Positions 47,401-56,138 of a stretch of 64,000 bases of DNA are shown one piece after another. A model generated the notes under the pieces. That model had not been told where the DNA came from. It saw only the letters and a list, made by a program, of their open reading frames with translations, and did no database searches. The stretch comes from a virus. Numbering within the stretch: position 1 is the first letter of the stretch; every line of letters starts with the position of its first letter. The stretch spans positions 39,174 through 103,173 of IMG/VR virus record IMGVR_UViG_3300008255_000114. One strand, given 5' to 3'. The position numbers were made by a program, and so were the translations under genes.

Positions 47401-47912
47401 AGTACTGGGAAACAACAGGACAAAAACGCTTCTTATTGAGCATAGACGGTAGAAAGTTGCCAGTAAGATCGAAAGGTAATGTGATTAATACTGCGTTCCA
47501 GAGTGCTGGTGTTATTTGTGCTAAACGTGCTATGGTATTACACGACAGGAAACTAAAGGCAAACGGTATCAGTGTAGACTTCTTCAAAGATGACTGGAAG
47601 AAAAAAAGCTATTGTTTTCAGATGGTTGCGTATCATGATGAAGCCCAATGTGAAGTTACTAGAGATCTTATTGAGTTTAAGACGTTTGATACAGAACAGG
47701 AGTGTGCCGACTTCAAATCCACACAGGAGTCTAGCACAGATAAGATATGGGGTGACGTTAAGGAAGGTAAGGGTGGCAAGTTCTTCACGTCTTATTCCTT
47801 AGCTGGTCAGCTAGCAGCAGAAGCAGTTAAAGAAAGTGGAGAGTATTACAAGCTTAATGTCGAACTTACGGCAGGTTACATGTTTGGACGTAACTGGAAG
47901 GATTGTCACTAG
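44433..47912 (+). CDS. family A DNA polymerase with 3'-5' exonuclease domain and an intein
   Basis: WDIEANGL, NYD, YDT and RDV (exonuclease); NIPR, GYDFDSLE (motif A), R..AKSVKYG (motif B), NTAFQSAG and YHDE (motif C). Confidence 0.95.
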   Translation: MKITWDIEANGLLNDTTVDYLSSPYKLKASFKMHCIVVEIVDTGEIIAFADGQDYVFDGRRYEEYDPVTDNTYILEAGYPVITYTRKPLSDFKVWVNAAKPSVVIAQNSINYDHLVTKLYYGMDYTVEPDTWDNLPLEIYDTMVMSKVLNPDRFGGHSLDNLGKKVGLHKIEFRKHLPVDIRFEFYAADMLYYCIRDVQVNTKVYHMLEKERLGWDWNEAIKLEKAVAEIITKGEHRGFWFDRELAEKSIIDLDAKLQERRETVEPLLPPKPATKKFLNDHTPPKNQFKKNGEYAANLIKFVDKLGGTLEGRVATLLGKKYDLPLKEGEAIATHMAATIDDATWIKEWLVGMGWVPSEWKEKDITVNSKKEKLDGDKYEASVDRYVYQSLASNFCSERCDHLKTSRSKLKGVLMNHDRSRPLKVLTNPNFTKGQEKEMCPNLELLFDKFPYAKLCVEYLTYKHRRNSILGGGLGWDEEEEAEKGYMAHVRSDGRIPTPAGTCDAGSTRFKHRIVANIPRVTSLYGDVMRSLFGTDGRTFQMGYDFDSLEAKIESHYVFRYKGGKKYGESLTAAKPNDCHTVLAEKISAQLGYKFPRGSAKSVKYGCLPIDNTEILTEYGWISFNDFNSNIKVFGYDAERKVLDLCDVVETHKFDGAEVVDKGHSRWHLESTLDHRWYGQRLKQYGKTSGSHVKVWEDSVSSTEDLKQTFHILNTAEYLSGSSAVTKDEAEFVGWLLSDGYYKWSENKDITSASFGRRKGIISVIAQSVGKYWKELELNLNSLGLGYSRDLEYKDNGNHVYKYRVSSPDLRALLDRVVGSREQKHDVDWCKWVIGLSQEARLAFLHSFWLADGNTKKSAADSSYKIYKQNVGNIRDALMLAGFLCGYNVSESKVGKCGAVRFQTKRDYTTTQEFRDFSYRTTDVFCLTTTLDTFVIRQNGVVTITGNCSYNAQPPRVAKTIGCSLKDAQIVFNMFWQEASCLKDLKEKMQKYWETTGQKRFLLSIDGRKLPVRSKGNVINTAFQSAGVICAKRAMVLHDRKLKANGISVDFFKDDWKKKSYCFQMVAYHDEAQCEVTRDLIEFKTFDTEQECADFKSTQESSTDKIWGDVKEGKGGKFFTSYSLAGQLAAEAVKESGEYYKLNVELTAGYMFGRNWKDCH
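46248..47270 (+). mobile_element. 341-aa intein with LAGLIDADG homing endonuclease in polymerase motif B
   Basis: KYG|CLPIDNTEILTEYGW ... DVFCLTT...FVIRQNG..TITGN|CSY; internal FVGWLLSDG and FLHSFWLADG. Confidence 0.92.
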
Positions 47913-47964
47913 TAGTTAATTAGAAAGATTACCACCTTAGGGTGGTGTCTTTATTGGAGGTTTT

Positions 47965-49104
47965 ATGAGTTTTAATTTTAAAGTTGGAGACAGAGTTACA
48001 AGTGTCTGCGGCAGTATGAGTGGTGTGCTAATATCAATAGACCACAGACATAATCGATGTAAGGTTTTATTTGATAACGGAAGGGATAGGAATTACAGTA
48101 AAGCCGCAATAGAATCTGGAGAAATAGATGACAAACCTTACCAAAAAATAAAAGCAGGTGATAAATTTAATACTAATAAATATGGGGTGGTTACAGTTAA
48201 AGCTTACCTAAGTACTTATAAGATTACTATAGAATTTAAAGATGGTGTGACTAGTTCCACAACAGCGTCTAGTCTAAGATTAGGTAACGTTGGTCACCCT
48301 ATGAGCGGCTTGTATATTGGCTTTGAGTTTACTAACAGTGATGGTTGTACTGGTAAAGTTATTAGATTTAACTCACCATACGATGTAGATGTAGAGTGGT
48401 TTGGTGGTGTGGTAACTAAAGGTCATGCTGCAGCCCATATAAAGTTTGGTGGTGTTTACTACCCAAATTATAAATCTGTTTGTGGTGTGGGTTACTTTGG
48501 TATTGGAGATTATATTTCCGATAAGAGTGGTAAGACGGGGAATTATAATAAAAGAGTATATGGCTCATGGTGTAGGATGTTAGGTCGGTGCTATGATCCT
48601 AAAGAACAAATGAAACCTAAAGGTAGATCTTATATTGGAGTTACTGTTTGCGAGGAATGGCACTGTTTTCAAAACTTTGCTAAGTGGGCAAGTGATAAAG
48701 AAGACAAATTTATCGTAGGTTTTGAGTTGGATAAGGATATGTTTGGTGATGGATTATCATATTCACCTGATAATTGCACATTACTCCCTGCTAGTATTAA
48801 TAGTTTTCTCTCAGAATGCGGCACTACTAAAGTATCAGGGCTGCCAGATGGTGTAAATATAGTTAAGCCTAAGAAGGGTACAAACGCTACTGTGGGTTAT
48901 ATTGCTAGGTGCCATATTGATAATGTAAGGCAATACTTAGGTTTCTATAAGACTCCAGAAGAAGCTGCAGAAGTATATAAGGTTGCCAAGGAAAGCGAAG
49001 CTCTTAGGTTAGCTGACAAGTTTAAGTCGGTTCTCAGTACAGAAGAATATAATAAACTTGTTAATTTTACTTTATCAGATATACATAGAAAGAAAGATAA
49101 GTAA
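47965..49104 (+). CDS. putative HNH-type homing endonuclease with repeated N-terminal beta domains
   Basis: WCRMLGRCY, YIGVTVCEEW..FQNF and LDKD...YSPDNC. Confidence 0.75.
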   Translation: MSFNFKVGDRVTSVCGSMSGVLISIDHRHNRCKVLFDNGRDRNYSKAAIESGEIDDKPYQKIKAGDKFNTNKYGVVTVKAYLSTYKITIEFKDGVTSSTTASSLRLGNVGHPMSGLYIGFEFTNSDGCTGKVIRFNSPYDVDVEWFGGVVTKGHAAAHIKFGGVYYPNYKSVCGVGYFGIGDYISDKSGKTGNYNKRVYGSWCRMLGRCYDPKEQMKPKGRSYIGVTVCEEWHCFQNFAKWASDKEDKFIVGFELDKDMFGDGLSYSPDNCTLLPASINSFLSECGTTKVSGLPDGVNIVKPKKGTNATVGYIARCHIDNVRQYLGFYKTPEEAAEVYKVAKESEALRLADKFKSVLSTEEYNKLVNFTLSDIHRKKDK

Positions 49105-49105
49105 C

Positions 49106-49164
49106 TTGACACCTCCACTTCCATCCCCTATAATCTCCGTATCTTAATTGCTACGGAGATTTTT
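49106..49164 (+). promoter_or_regulatory. consensus sigma70 promoter followed by a hairpin
   Basis: TTGACA-N17-TATAAT, then ATCTCCGTA...TACGGAGAT-TTTT. Confidence 0.75.
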
Positions 49165-49167
49165 ATT

Positions 49168-49455
49168 ATGAAAATATCACCATCTGAAATTATATTAACT
49201 CTTGTAATATTATCAGTCCTATTCTACACTGGAGTTACACGTTACCAATCTTCACTTGTGACACCATCTACATTACCCACTTGTACTGTGACTGACAACT
49301 TAGTCACTCTGTACAATAAAAATTACACTAATGCTAAATTAAAGTTGACATGTGGTAATGAAGTGTTTACTATTGACGGATTGAATGTAGGAAGAATTGT
49401 GTATAAACAAAACCGTAGAGTTTTAGGTTTGAAACATGCACCTGATGATAAATAA
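49168..49455 (+). CDS. membrane-anchored hypothetical protein
   Basis: N-terminal hydrophobic helix. Confidence 0.6.
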   Translation: MKISPSEIILTLVILSVLFYTGVTRYQSSLVTPSTLPTCTVTDNLVTLYNKNYTNAKLKLTCGNEVFTIDGLNVGRIVYKQNRRVLGLKHAPDDK

Positions 49456-49557
49456 CTGGAGGTACAAATATGAAAATTAAAGATATCATTGCTAACTTGG
49501 ATAAGTCTGAAGCTAATATGGATGATAGTGTTAAATTCTACAATACATGGAGAGGTT

Positions 49558-49938
49558 ATGAAGACTAAAGTACTCTTACTTGGTTCTGGTGACGAACCTT
49601 CTGTATTCCACAGTAGAATTATTGACACACTACAACATAGCCCTGAACATTTAATTATTTATATTAACCAAGATACTGTTGACACGATTAAAGGTTTAGA
49701 TTATGATTGTGTCATCTTAGATGAACTCGTAGACTTAGGGTGTATTGAACAAGCTCGTGGTATTACTATTAAGAGTGATAATGTAAATGTTGGTACCATA
49801 GGTCATCCTGATTGGTATTATGATCCTGCACAACTAGTTCAGGTTGATGGTTGTATGGGTATTGCAAATAAAAATTTATCTGGTAAGATAGTCGACACTA
49901 AACATAAGAAGCCATTTTATCAGACTGGTAGATGGTAA
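49558..49938 (+). CDS. hypothetical protein containing EF-Tu-like motif fragments
   Basis: GGAGAGG RBS before ATG 49558; EQARGITIK and NVNVGTIGHPD. Confidence 0.65.
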   Translation: MKTKVLLLGSGDEPSVFHSRIIDTLQHSPEHLIIYINQDTVDTIKGLDYDCVILDELVDLGCIEQARGITIKSDNVNVGTIGHPDWYYDPAQLVQVDGCMGIANKNLSGKIVDTKHKKPFYQTGRW

Positions 49939-49957
49939 ATTAATTAAGGAGAATATT

Positions 49958-50146
49958 ATGCATAACAAATTTATCGTTACAGAATGTATGGGTATTAAAC
50001 AAGTTGGATTCAACGGTGCTATGGGAGTATCTGTGTTGGATGTTGAAGAAATTGTCCATATGTTGAATGGTTTCAATAATACTTGTATTAAGTTGGAAGG
50101 AAGTGTTGATGCACTAACAACAGTATTGATGGGTGTTATTGATTAA
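49958..50146 (+). CDS. hypothetical protein
   Basis: AAGGAG RBS. Confidence 0.6.
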   Translation: MHNKFIVTECMGIKQVGFNGAMGVSVLDVEEIVHMLNGFNNTCIKLEGSVDALTTVLMGVID

Positions 50147-50149
50147 GGA

Positions 50150-50332
50150 GTGTCTATGTACAAAGATAAAAATGGTAAATATATTTCTATCCACTCAGTA
50201 GTTAAGTGTAATGAATATCACTACACTGTCATGCAGATGGATAAGTCTAATGGAAGGGAATTCTTTATTGAGTTGAAGAATGGTTGTGTATCTTGCTGGT
50301 CTAAACCAGAATTGTTGGAGGTAATCAATTGA
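50150..50332 (+). CDS. hypothetical protein
   Basis: AAGGAG RBS; YKDKNG..I. Confidence 0.6.
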   Translation: MSMYKDKNGKYISIHSVVKCNEYHYTVMQMDKSNGREFFIELKNGCVSCWSKPELLEVIN

Positions 50333-50661
50333 TAGCTTATAAATTATTTAGGTTAACAAAAGATAATAAACTTGCACCTTTATTCATTAACCGTAAACTA
50401 CGTATACCTATTGGTATTTGGATTGATGCTGAATTTCACCCTACCAAGGGGTTCTCTGAACGTCAGGGTTGGCATTGCACTTTAACTCCTTCGGCACCTC
50501 ACTTGAAAGAAGTGTTGAAATCTGGGGAAGTTCGTGTATGGTGTCAAGTCGAGATTGAAGATTATAAATATTATGAACGGCCTAAGTCTCAAGGTGGTAT
50601 GTGGGTGTTAGCACAGAAGATGAAGGTTGTTAAACGATTAGACAAATATGGAGACTATTAA
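50329..50661 (+). CDS. hypothetical phage protein
   Basis: AYKLFR, LAPLFIN, R.GWH and QGG.W.LA. Confidence 0.7.
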   Translation: MIAYKLFRLTKDNKLAPLFINRKLRIPIGIWIDAEFHPTKGFSERQGWHCTLTPSAPHLKEVLKSGEVRVWCQVEIEDYKYYERPKSQGGMWVLAQKMKVVKRLDKYGDY

Positions 50662-50853
50662 ATGAACATTAGATTTTCACTGTTAGACTTAGATATCAAT
50701 ACAAACCAACATATCTATGGATTATTCCTAGGTAATTGGTTATTAATTGATGCTACAGGAAAGGTTTCTTCTGAAGATAAATCAGTGTTACGTATTGAGT
50801 ACAGTATTGTAACTGGTTTAGAGTTGGAAGTGTTGGGAGTTACTTTAATTTAA
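50662..50853 (+). CDS. hypothetical protein
   Basis: GGAG RBS. Confidence 0.55.
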   Translation: MNIRFSLLDLDINTNQHIYGLFLGNWLLIDATGKVSSEDKSVLRIEYSIVTGLELEVLGVTLI

Positions 50854-51018
50854 CAAATTCAATTACATCACTTATTCTGAGATAACCTTGAGTTGGTATA
50901 AAGGTGAGTGTTATAATTGTTATACCAAATGACTAGTGGATGGATATTCCACAACAAACCTACTTGGTCAGTAGATACCCGTACAATACGTGCAATTTAA
51001 TTTATAGAAGGATACAAT

Positions 51019-52080
51019 ATGAAATTTACAGTTGTTACAAATGATGCAATCCAGAATACATCTTCTAGTTCAGATAATGCTCCTGATTGGGATAAGATTA
51101 ATGCTGAGAAACGTGAGAAAGAGTTAGCAATTATTAAGATGTTAGAAACTCAGAATAACTCGGAGGTGTTGACAGGTTGTGTAAGTTGCTACTATGACCT
51201 TGGTATTCAGGAACGTGGTGAATATGAGGATATCTACGTACCTACTGACCCAAAACATATTGAGAAGTTGGCTAATGGTAGTTTTGTTGAAGATCGCTAT
51301 AACGCCAAAGAAAAGAAGAAAGTTCCCACAATTTGTACTCCAGCTAAACCAGCTAAAGCGTTTGTATTAGGTGTAGATTTCCCTCAATATATGGTTGATT
51401 ACGGTGGTGAGATTGGTGAACGACCTTTCCGTATGTTTATGGGTGGTAAGTTCTTCGTCAAGAATCCAGATTCTGCTGAAGGTAAGAAGATGGCTATTGT
51501 ACAGAACCCAATGTATATGGTTGAGAATACTAACAACCCTCAGAACAAATGGGCATTGCCTGTTACATCCATGATCAGTAAAATGTGTGTTGCTGCTGGT
51601 TTGGGTGATGAACATGGTTTGGTATCTAAAGATGACATTACTGGTTTATTAGGTAAAGCCTTACAGTTTGAAGTCCGTGTATGGGATAAACCAGCTAAAG
51701 TTGGTGATGCAACTTACTACACAGAACTTATCAAATTTGTAGGTAAACTCCCTAAAGGTATGCCTGTTGTTGAATTAGATGATAAATTCATTGCTGGTGT
51801 GAACATGACATCAGCTAACGACCCTGAGATGGTTAAACAACTTCGTGCTGAACATAAGAACACTATGAAGTTGGCTACAAATTGGGAAGGTAGTGTGTTG
51901 CAGAAAGAGTTGTCCGAACTACGTTCTAGTAATACCCCCACCAAAGCTCCTGAATCAGCCTCAGACAAGAGTTCTCCTACAACTAGTACCAATGTGACAC
52001 CAACTAAAGTTACTCCTCCTAATACGGTTACAGAGCCTGATTTAGATGAAGGTTGGGACGAACAAGAAATACCTTTTTAG
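51019..52080 (+). CDS. putative single-stranded DNA-binding/annealing protein
   Basis: YDLGIQ and LLGKALQFEV; P/T/S-rich linker; acidic C-terminus ...WDEQEIPF; located in the replication module. Confidence 0.6.
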   Translation: MKFTVVTNDAIQNTSSSSDNAPDWDKINAEKREKELAIIKMLETQNNSEVLTGCVSCYYDLGIQERGEYEDIYVPTDPKHIEKLANGSFVEDRYNAKEKKKVPTICTPAKPAKAFVLGVDFPQYMVDYGGEIGERPFRMFMGGKFFVKNPDSAEGKKMAIVQNPMYMVENTNNPQNKWALPVTSMISKMCVAAGLGDEHGLVSKDDITGLLGKALQFEVRVWDKPAKVGDATYYTELIKFVGKLPKGMPVVELDDKFIAGVNMTSANDPEMVKQLRAEHKNTMKLATNWEGSVLQKELSELRSSNTPTKAPESASDKSSPTTSTNVTPTKVTPPNTVTEPDLDEGWDEQEIPF

Positions 52081-52135
52081 ATAAGTAGTTTAGTTATATG
52101 CAGCCCTTATGGGCTGTTTTTATTTGAGGCAGGTT

Positions 52136-52567
52136 ATGAAAGAATGTAAGGAGTGTGGTGAGTGTAAACATCTTTCCGAGTTTTATTCTAACGATGGAAT
52201 GACGGATGGGTGCTTAAACCAGTGTAAAGTTTGTGTCCGTATACGTGTAAACAAGCATAGGTATAATAATATAGATGCTATGCGGCGATATGACCTAGAT
52301 AGAGAGAAAGCTGGGAGAGTAAGAAAGATACGTGCAAAGTACCCCATGAAGAATGCGGCAAGGGCTGCAATCAATAGTCGTATACATTCTGGTAGTATTA
52401 TCAGACCCACAGTGTGTGAATCCTGCGGTTTTATTGGTAAAATACAAGCACATCATTGGTCATACCTAAAGGAACACTGGCTAGATGTAGAGTGGCTTTG
52501 TACTAAATGTCACGCCAAGGGACACATACAGTTAAGAGCTATTGGTATGGAACCAAAAGAACCATAA
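52136..52567 (+). CDS. zinc-finger/HNH-like protein
   Basis: CKEC..K..SEFY, CKVC, CESCG...AHH..Y and WLCTKCH. Confidence 0.65.
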   Translation: MKECKECGECKHLSEFYSNDGMTDGCLNQCKVCVRIRVNKHRYNNIDAMRRYDLDREKAGRVRKIRAKYPMKNAARAAINSRIHSGSIIRPTVCESCGFIGKIQAHHWSYLKEHWLDVEWLCTKCHAKGHIQLRAIGMEPKEP

Positions 52568-52580
52568 CTATTCTAATATG

Positions 52581-52614
52581 AAAAACCCCACAACAGAAAT
52601 GTTGTGGGGTTTTT
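52581..52614. terminator. bidirectional terminator between replication and structural modules
   Basis: AAAAACCCCACAACA-GAAA-TGTTGTGGGGTTTTT. Confidence 0.9.
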
Positions 52615-52747
52615 AATATACAACATTACTAATAAAGTACCAAGCATAAAAGTGTACATACTGCACTTTAAGTAAATATAAGATTATTAATCTATTTGTG
52701 TTGTAGTGTTACTAAAGTTTATATTATGCTGATGTATTACCATTACC

Positions 52748-55012
52748 TTAATCACACAATATTCGCATGTGAGTTGCAGCAGCCTTACCGCCAGCGCCCG
52801 CTGTGAGTGATGCACCAGTTCTTACTGAGACATTTGTGCTGTCTGCATAAGTTGCGCCGTCATCAGCAGCTACGAATCTCCAAGAGCCATTGAATATACC
52901 CATTCCCTCATAAACTATATTTTCTCCACCATTACTAGAGAATTGAACCCTGAATGTCTGGGGGGTTCCACCAAGCAAGTGAGCAAAAGAATAAGTTGTA
53001 TTGACAGAAACAGGACTCCAACCACTATTAAAACGCGGCGGCATTGCTTTTTCTGTAGAACGCCAAATCCATTGCTCAGCCCATATTACAGTATCATTTG
53101 CTACTGGCGTATTTGTTGAGTAACGCAACTTTAATCCAGAACCAGAACCATAATCTAAACTTTGTAATACTAGTTGATAAGCTTGATGTGTACTTGCACT
53201 AAACTTATCACTTACACCATCGTAAAACGTGTTTGATTTTATAAAGACATTGCTACCTACAACTTCAACCTGTTGCAACTTTGAAAACATTGATAGGGCT
53301 GTACCAAATGCGGGTACGCTATTAAACTGGTCATTTTCAGACTGACCCAAAATCCTAACGCCACCACCATTATCTTTTTCGAACCTTATATATTCTAGTG
53401 GGTCGAACCCGTTTAATGGTGGACGCTCAAATTTAAATATACCAGCGTTAGCGTCATGAACAAAATCAAAAACTGGACTAATGTTACTGTCACCAGTATA
53501 TCTATGCAAGCTATAGCTTTGTTCTGGTGTTGTAAATTCCTTAATTATTGGGTCTGATGCATAATGTTTGTTTGATAACTCCATACCGCTAACAGCAATG
53601 GAAATGTCACGAGTACCTTTCTTTGCGCTAACTGAAGTATAGTAATGGTATTTTGTACCGCCATTAATATAAATAAATGGTTTGTGCGCATAAGCATCAT
53701 CAATGTTACCCGCTACTGTTGGTATTAGGGTTGGGCTATAAGCCGTAACCCTCCAATTTAGCGGGAACTCATCATTAGTAGTATATGCAATACCGTCTTG
53801 AGATAAGCCCAATCCAGCACCAAAGAATTGCATAAACCAGAAATCACCTTGACGATACACGCTTGGATCGCCTGTAATTGTGTCATGCCATGAGCCTACA
53901 ACATCCGTAACTATCGGACTATTTGTGTCATCGACTACCCAATCAAATAAATTGGTTGATGATGCGTATCCTATCCGCTCTTTATCTACACCACCGACAT
54001 GGCCTGATGCATTAAAAAACAGATACCATGTTTCATCCTTCTTAACTATAGATGGATGCCATATTGCTGTATCACGCCATTCGCTTGGGGTTGCGGTTGT
54101 TCCAATATCAATTATCGAACCATATCGAGTCCACACTGGTGATGTGATTGACGGTGATGTTGCCAGACACAGTGTTTTTGTTCCAGCCTCATATCCTGAT
54201 GCAGTCAAACCAATGTAAAATAAATAGTAAAGACTATTATGCTTTAAAATATATGGGCCTGTTCCACCAAACTCATCGGGGTCGCCAGTAACTCCAGTCC
54301 CAGAAAGTAAAGCGGTTGCATCTACAACCCAACCATCAACTAAACTTTTAGATTTAGCGTGACAAGGGCTTGCTTGAACCTCACCTGTACCATCGCCATA
54401 GCCAGTGAAAACCATGTGGAAATAACCGTCTGATTCATCCCACCATACAACAGGAGATTCAACATAAACATTCATGAAGTCCTTTGCTGCATCTATCTCA
54501 AGTACTTTACCGAGTTTCCTTAAATCATTACCTAAAAATGGGGTTACTGTATTCCCGTGTGCACTATGATCTCCTTCATTTGCCAATGCATACAGAGCAT
54601 CTTGCAATACAGACCCTTGCAAGTTTCCATCTTTTGTTGATGATATATCCTCAGTATTATGTGCTGACCCATCTGAGGGGTTTCTTCCTGATAATAGAGG
54701 GTGTGAATTTAAATTAATTTGGTAAACAAACCCTAAATCAGGAATTGAACCTACAGTGTAAGTTAATGTTGTTGTAGATATAGGACTATAAGCTTCACCA
54801 TCATAAATCATGTATTGTTTATAAGTTGTGAATGTTTTACCAGTAGCCCAGAACCCATCACCAACTTTTTCATAATCTGTATATTTATCTAATGAGAAGG
54901 CTAACTCTGCAGCCCTCACTTTCTTATCTTCCCCACCTTGACGTATTAGTAGTAAATCTTCATCGCCTACAATACCAGCTCCTACTAGGTCACTTAATTG
55001 CTTTACTGCCAT
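52748..55012 (-). CDS. tail fibre/spike with glycoside-hydrolase-like five-bladed beta-propeller
   Basis: tail-type N-terminus; repeated blades ESPVV..FHMVFTG, GPYIL..YYLFYIG, HPSIV..WYLFFNA, DPSVY..WFMQFFG and KPFIY..YHYYTS. Confidence 0.7.
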   Translation of the reverse strand: MAVKQLSDLVGAGIVGDEDLLLIRQGGEDKKVRAAELAFSLDKYTDYEKVGDGFWATGKTFTTYKQYMIYDGEAYSPISTTTLTYTVGSIPDLGFVYQINLNSHPLLSGRNPSDGSAHNTEDISSTKDGNLQGSVLQDALYALANEGDHSAHGNTVTPFLGNDLRKLGKVLEIDAAKDFMNVYVESPVVWWDESDGYFHMVFTGYGDGTGEVQASPCHAKSKSLVDGWVVDATALLSGTGVTGDPDEFGGTGPYILKHNSLYYLFYIGLTASGYEAGTKTLCLATSPSITSPVWTRYGSIIDIGTTATPSEWRDTAIWHPSIVKKDETWYLFFNASGHVGGVDKERIGYASSTNLFDWVVDDTNSPIVTDVVGSWHDTITGDPSVYRQGDFWFMQFFGAGLGLSQDGIAYTTNDEFPLNWRVTAYSPTLIPTVAGNIDDAYAHKPFIYINGGTKYHYYTSVSAKKGTRDISIAVSGMELSNKHYASDPIIKEFTTPEQSYSLHRYTGDSNISPVFDFVHDANAGIFKFERPPLNGFDPLEYIRFEKDNGGGVRILGQSENDQFNSVPAFGTALSMFSKLQQVEVVGSNVFIKSNTFYDGVSDKFSASTHQAYQLVLQSLDYGSGSGLKLRYSTNTPVANDTVIWAEQWIWRSTEKAMPPRFNSGWSPVSVNTTYSFAHLLGGTPQTFRVQFSSNGGENIVYEGMGIFNGSWRFVAADDGATYADSTNVSVRTGASLTAGAGGKAAATHMRILCD

Positions 55013-55026
55013 CTAATCCCTTCCTT

Positions 55027-55500
55027 TTAAAATTGTTTTTCTATTATAAAAAATAATAAAGTGGTTAACCCTAATAAATTTTCTCTAGTGTTATATCTGT
55101 TATGTTTTGTGGATATATATGCACATAAACTTATTGCTAGTATTGTTAACTCTCTATAAAAATAATTACTATACTCTAAAAAAGAATATCTAAATAACCT
55201 AATGTCATATTCTAAAGTGTTTAATATTATACTCATATCAATCCACCACATACCTAGCATCAATGCAAAGAAAACTATCTTTCCTGATAACTTACAGCAT
55301 AGTATTGTACACGATAGATAGCATACTGTGTGTATTAATAGCAGGGATAATCTTGCTGCAGCTAATGAGTCTAGGTATGTAGTGGTTAATAATGATACTA
55401 AGTAACAATATAGTACCACCCTAGAAACTTTACGAGTAACTTCACAATAACTACCTTCAGCATATAATATTAATACTAATGGAAATAATAATGGGTTCAT
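55027..55500 (-). CDS. multi-pass membrane protein
   Basis: several hydrophobic segments; in lysis cluster. Confidence 0.6.
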   Translation of the reverse strand: MNPLLFPLVLILYAEGSYCEVTRKVSRVVLYCYLVSLLTTTYLDSLAAARLSLLLIHTVCYLSCTILCCKLSGKIVFFALMLGMWWIDMSIILNTLEYDIRLFRYSFLEYSNYFYRELTILAISLCAYISTKHNRYNTRENLLGLTTLLFFIIEKQF

Positions 55501-55515
55501 TACTCGTACCTTAAG

Positions 55516-55788
55516 TTACTTCTTACTGTCTAATATGTACTTATGTAGTAAGTCTTCTAATCTTTTAATTGAATCATCAACACGCTTAAGCGATAACTCT
55601 TGATTCTCAGATCTTTCAACTAACACATCAATCTTGGCATTAGTTTTAGAGTCATTCTTATGTAACTCTTCTACACGTTGTTCTGTCTGTTCAAAACGTT
55701 TATCTACCATAGACCACCCCTTAATTATAATTGGTATGAATGCTGCCCACAGGTATTTAATTAAGGCTAATACATCTATATTACCCAT
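55516..55788 (-). CDS. single-TM coiled-coil protein, holin-like
   Basis: N-terminal TM followed by coiled coil; adjacent to spanins. Confidence 0.5.
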   Translation of the reverse strand: MGNIDVLALIKYLWAAFIPIIIKGWSMVDKRFEQTEQRVEELHKNDSKTNAKIDVLVERSENQELSLKRVDDSIKRLEDLLHKYILDSKK

Positions 55789-55807
55789 ATTAAGGTAGTC
55801 CTTATTA

Positions 55808-56020
55808 TTATTTTGTTTTACATAATTTTTCATAAGTTTCATCATTCATTAGTATATTCCTTGCCAACTTATTACTAATAACAACCTTATCATTATCTGT
55901 TGGTTCCATAGGAATAGCAATTAAACAGTAATCACTTACCACGCTTGAGCAGCCTGTCCCTAACATCATCATCACTAAGAGAATTGATGTCATCTGATAT
56001 TTCTTTAGCAACTTGGACAT
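55808..56020 (-). CDS. putative o-spanin (Rz1-like lipoprotein)
   Basis: lipobox LGTGC; overlaps the i-spanin in another frame; C-terminal NDETYEKLC. Confidence 0.65.
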   Translation of the reverse strand: MSKLLKKYQMTSILLVMMMLGTGCSSVVSDYCLIAIPMEPTDNDKVVISNKLARNILMNDETYEKLCKTK

Positions 56021-56138
56021 TATCTAATACCTTCTGTTGTACTTCACTGTTAGCAGAATCCTTTCCGCTAGTATTACCTTTAAAGAAGGCATAAATAATA
56101 CCTACGATACCAAGTCCCATAGCTATTAAATATTTCAT
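55932..56138 (-). CDS. putative i-spanin (Rz-like)
   Basis: N-terminal TM plus helical periplasmic region; overlapped by the lipoprotein ORF. Confidence 0.6.
   Translation of the reverse strand: MKYLIAMGLGIVGIIYAFFKGNTSGKDSANSEVQQKVLDNVQVAKEISDDINSLSDDDVRDRLLKRGK

Noticed and set aside
50929-50985. H-type pseudoknot in the SSB leader
   Set aside because: The second stem would need a zero-length connecting loop, so the pairings are better read as alternative hairpins.
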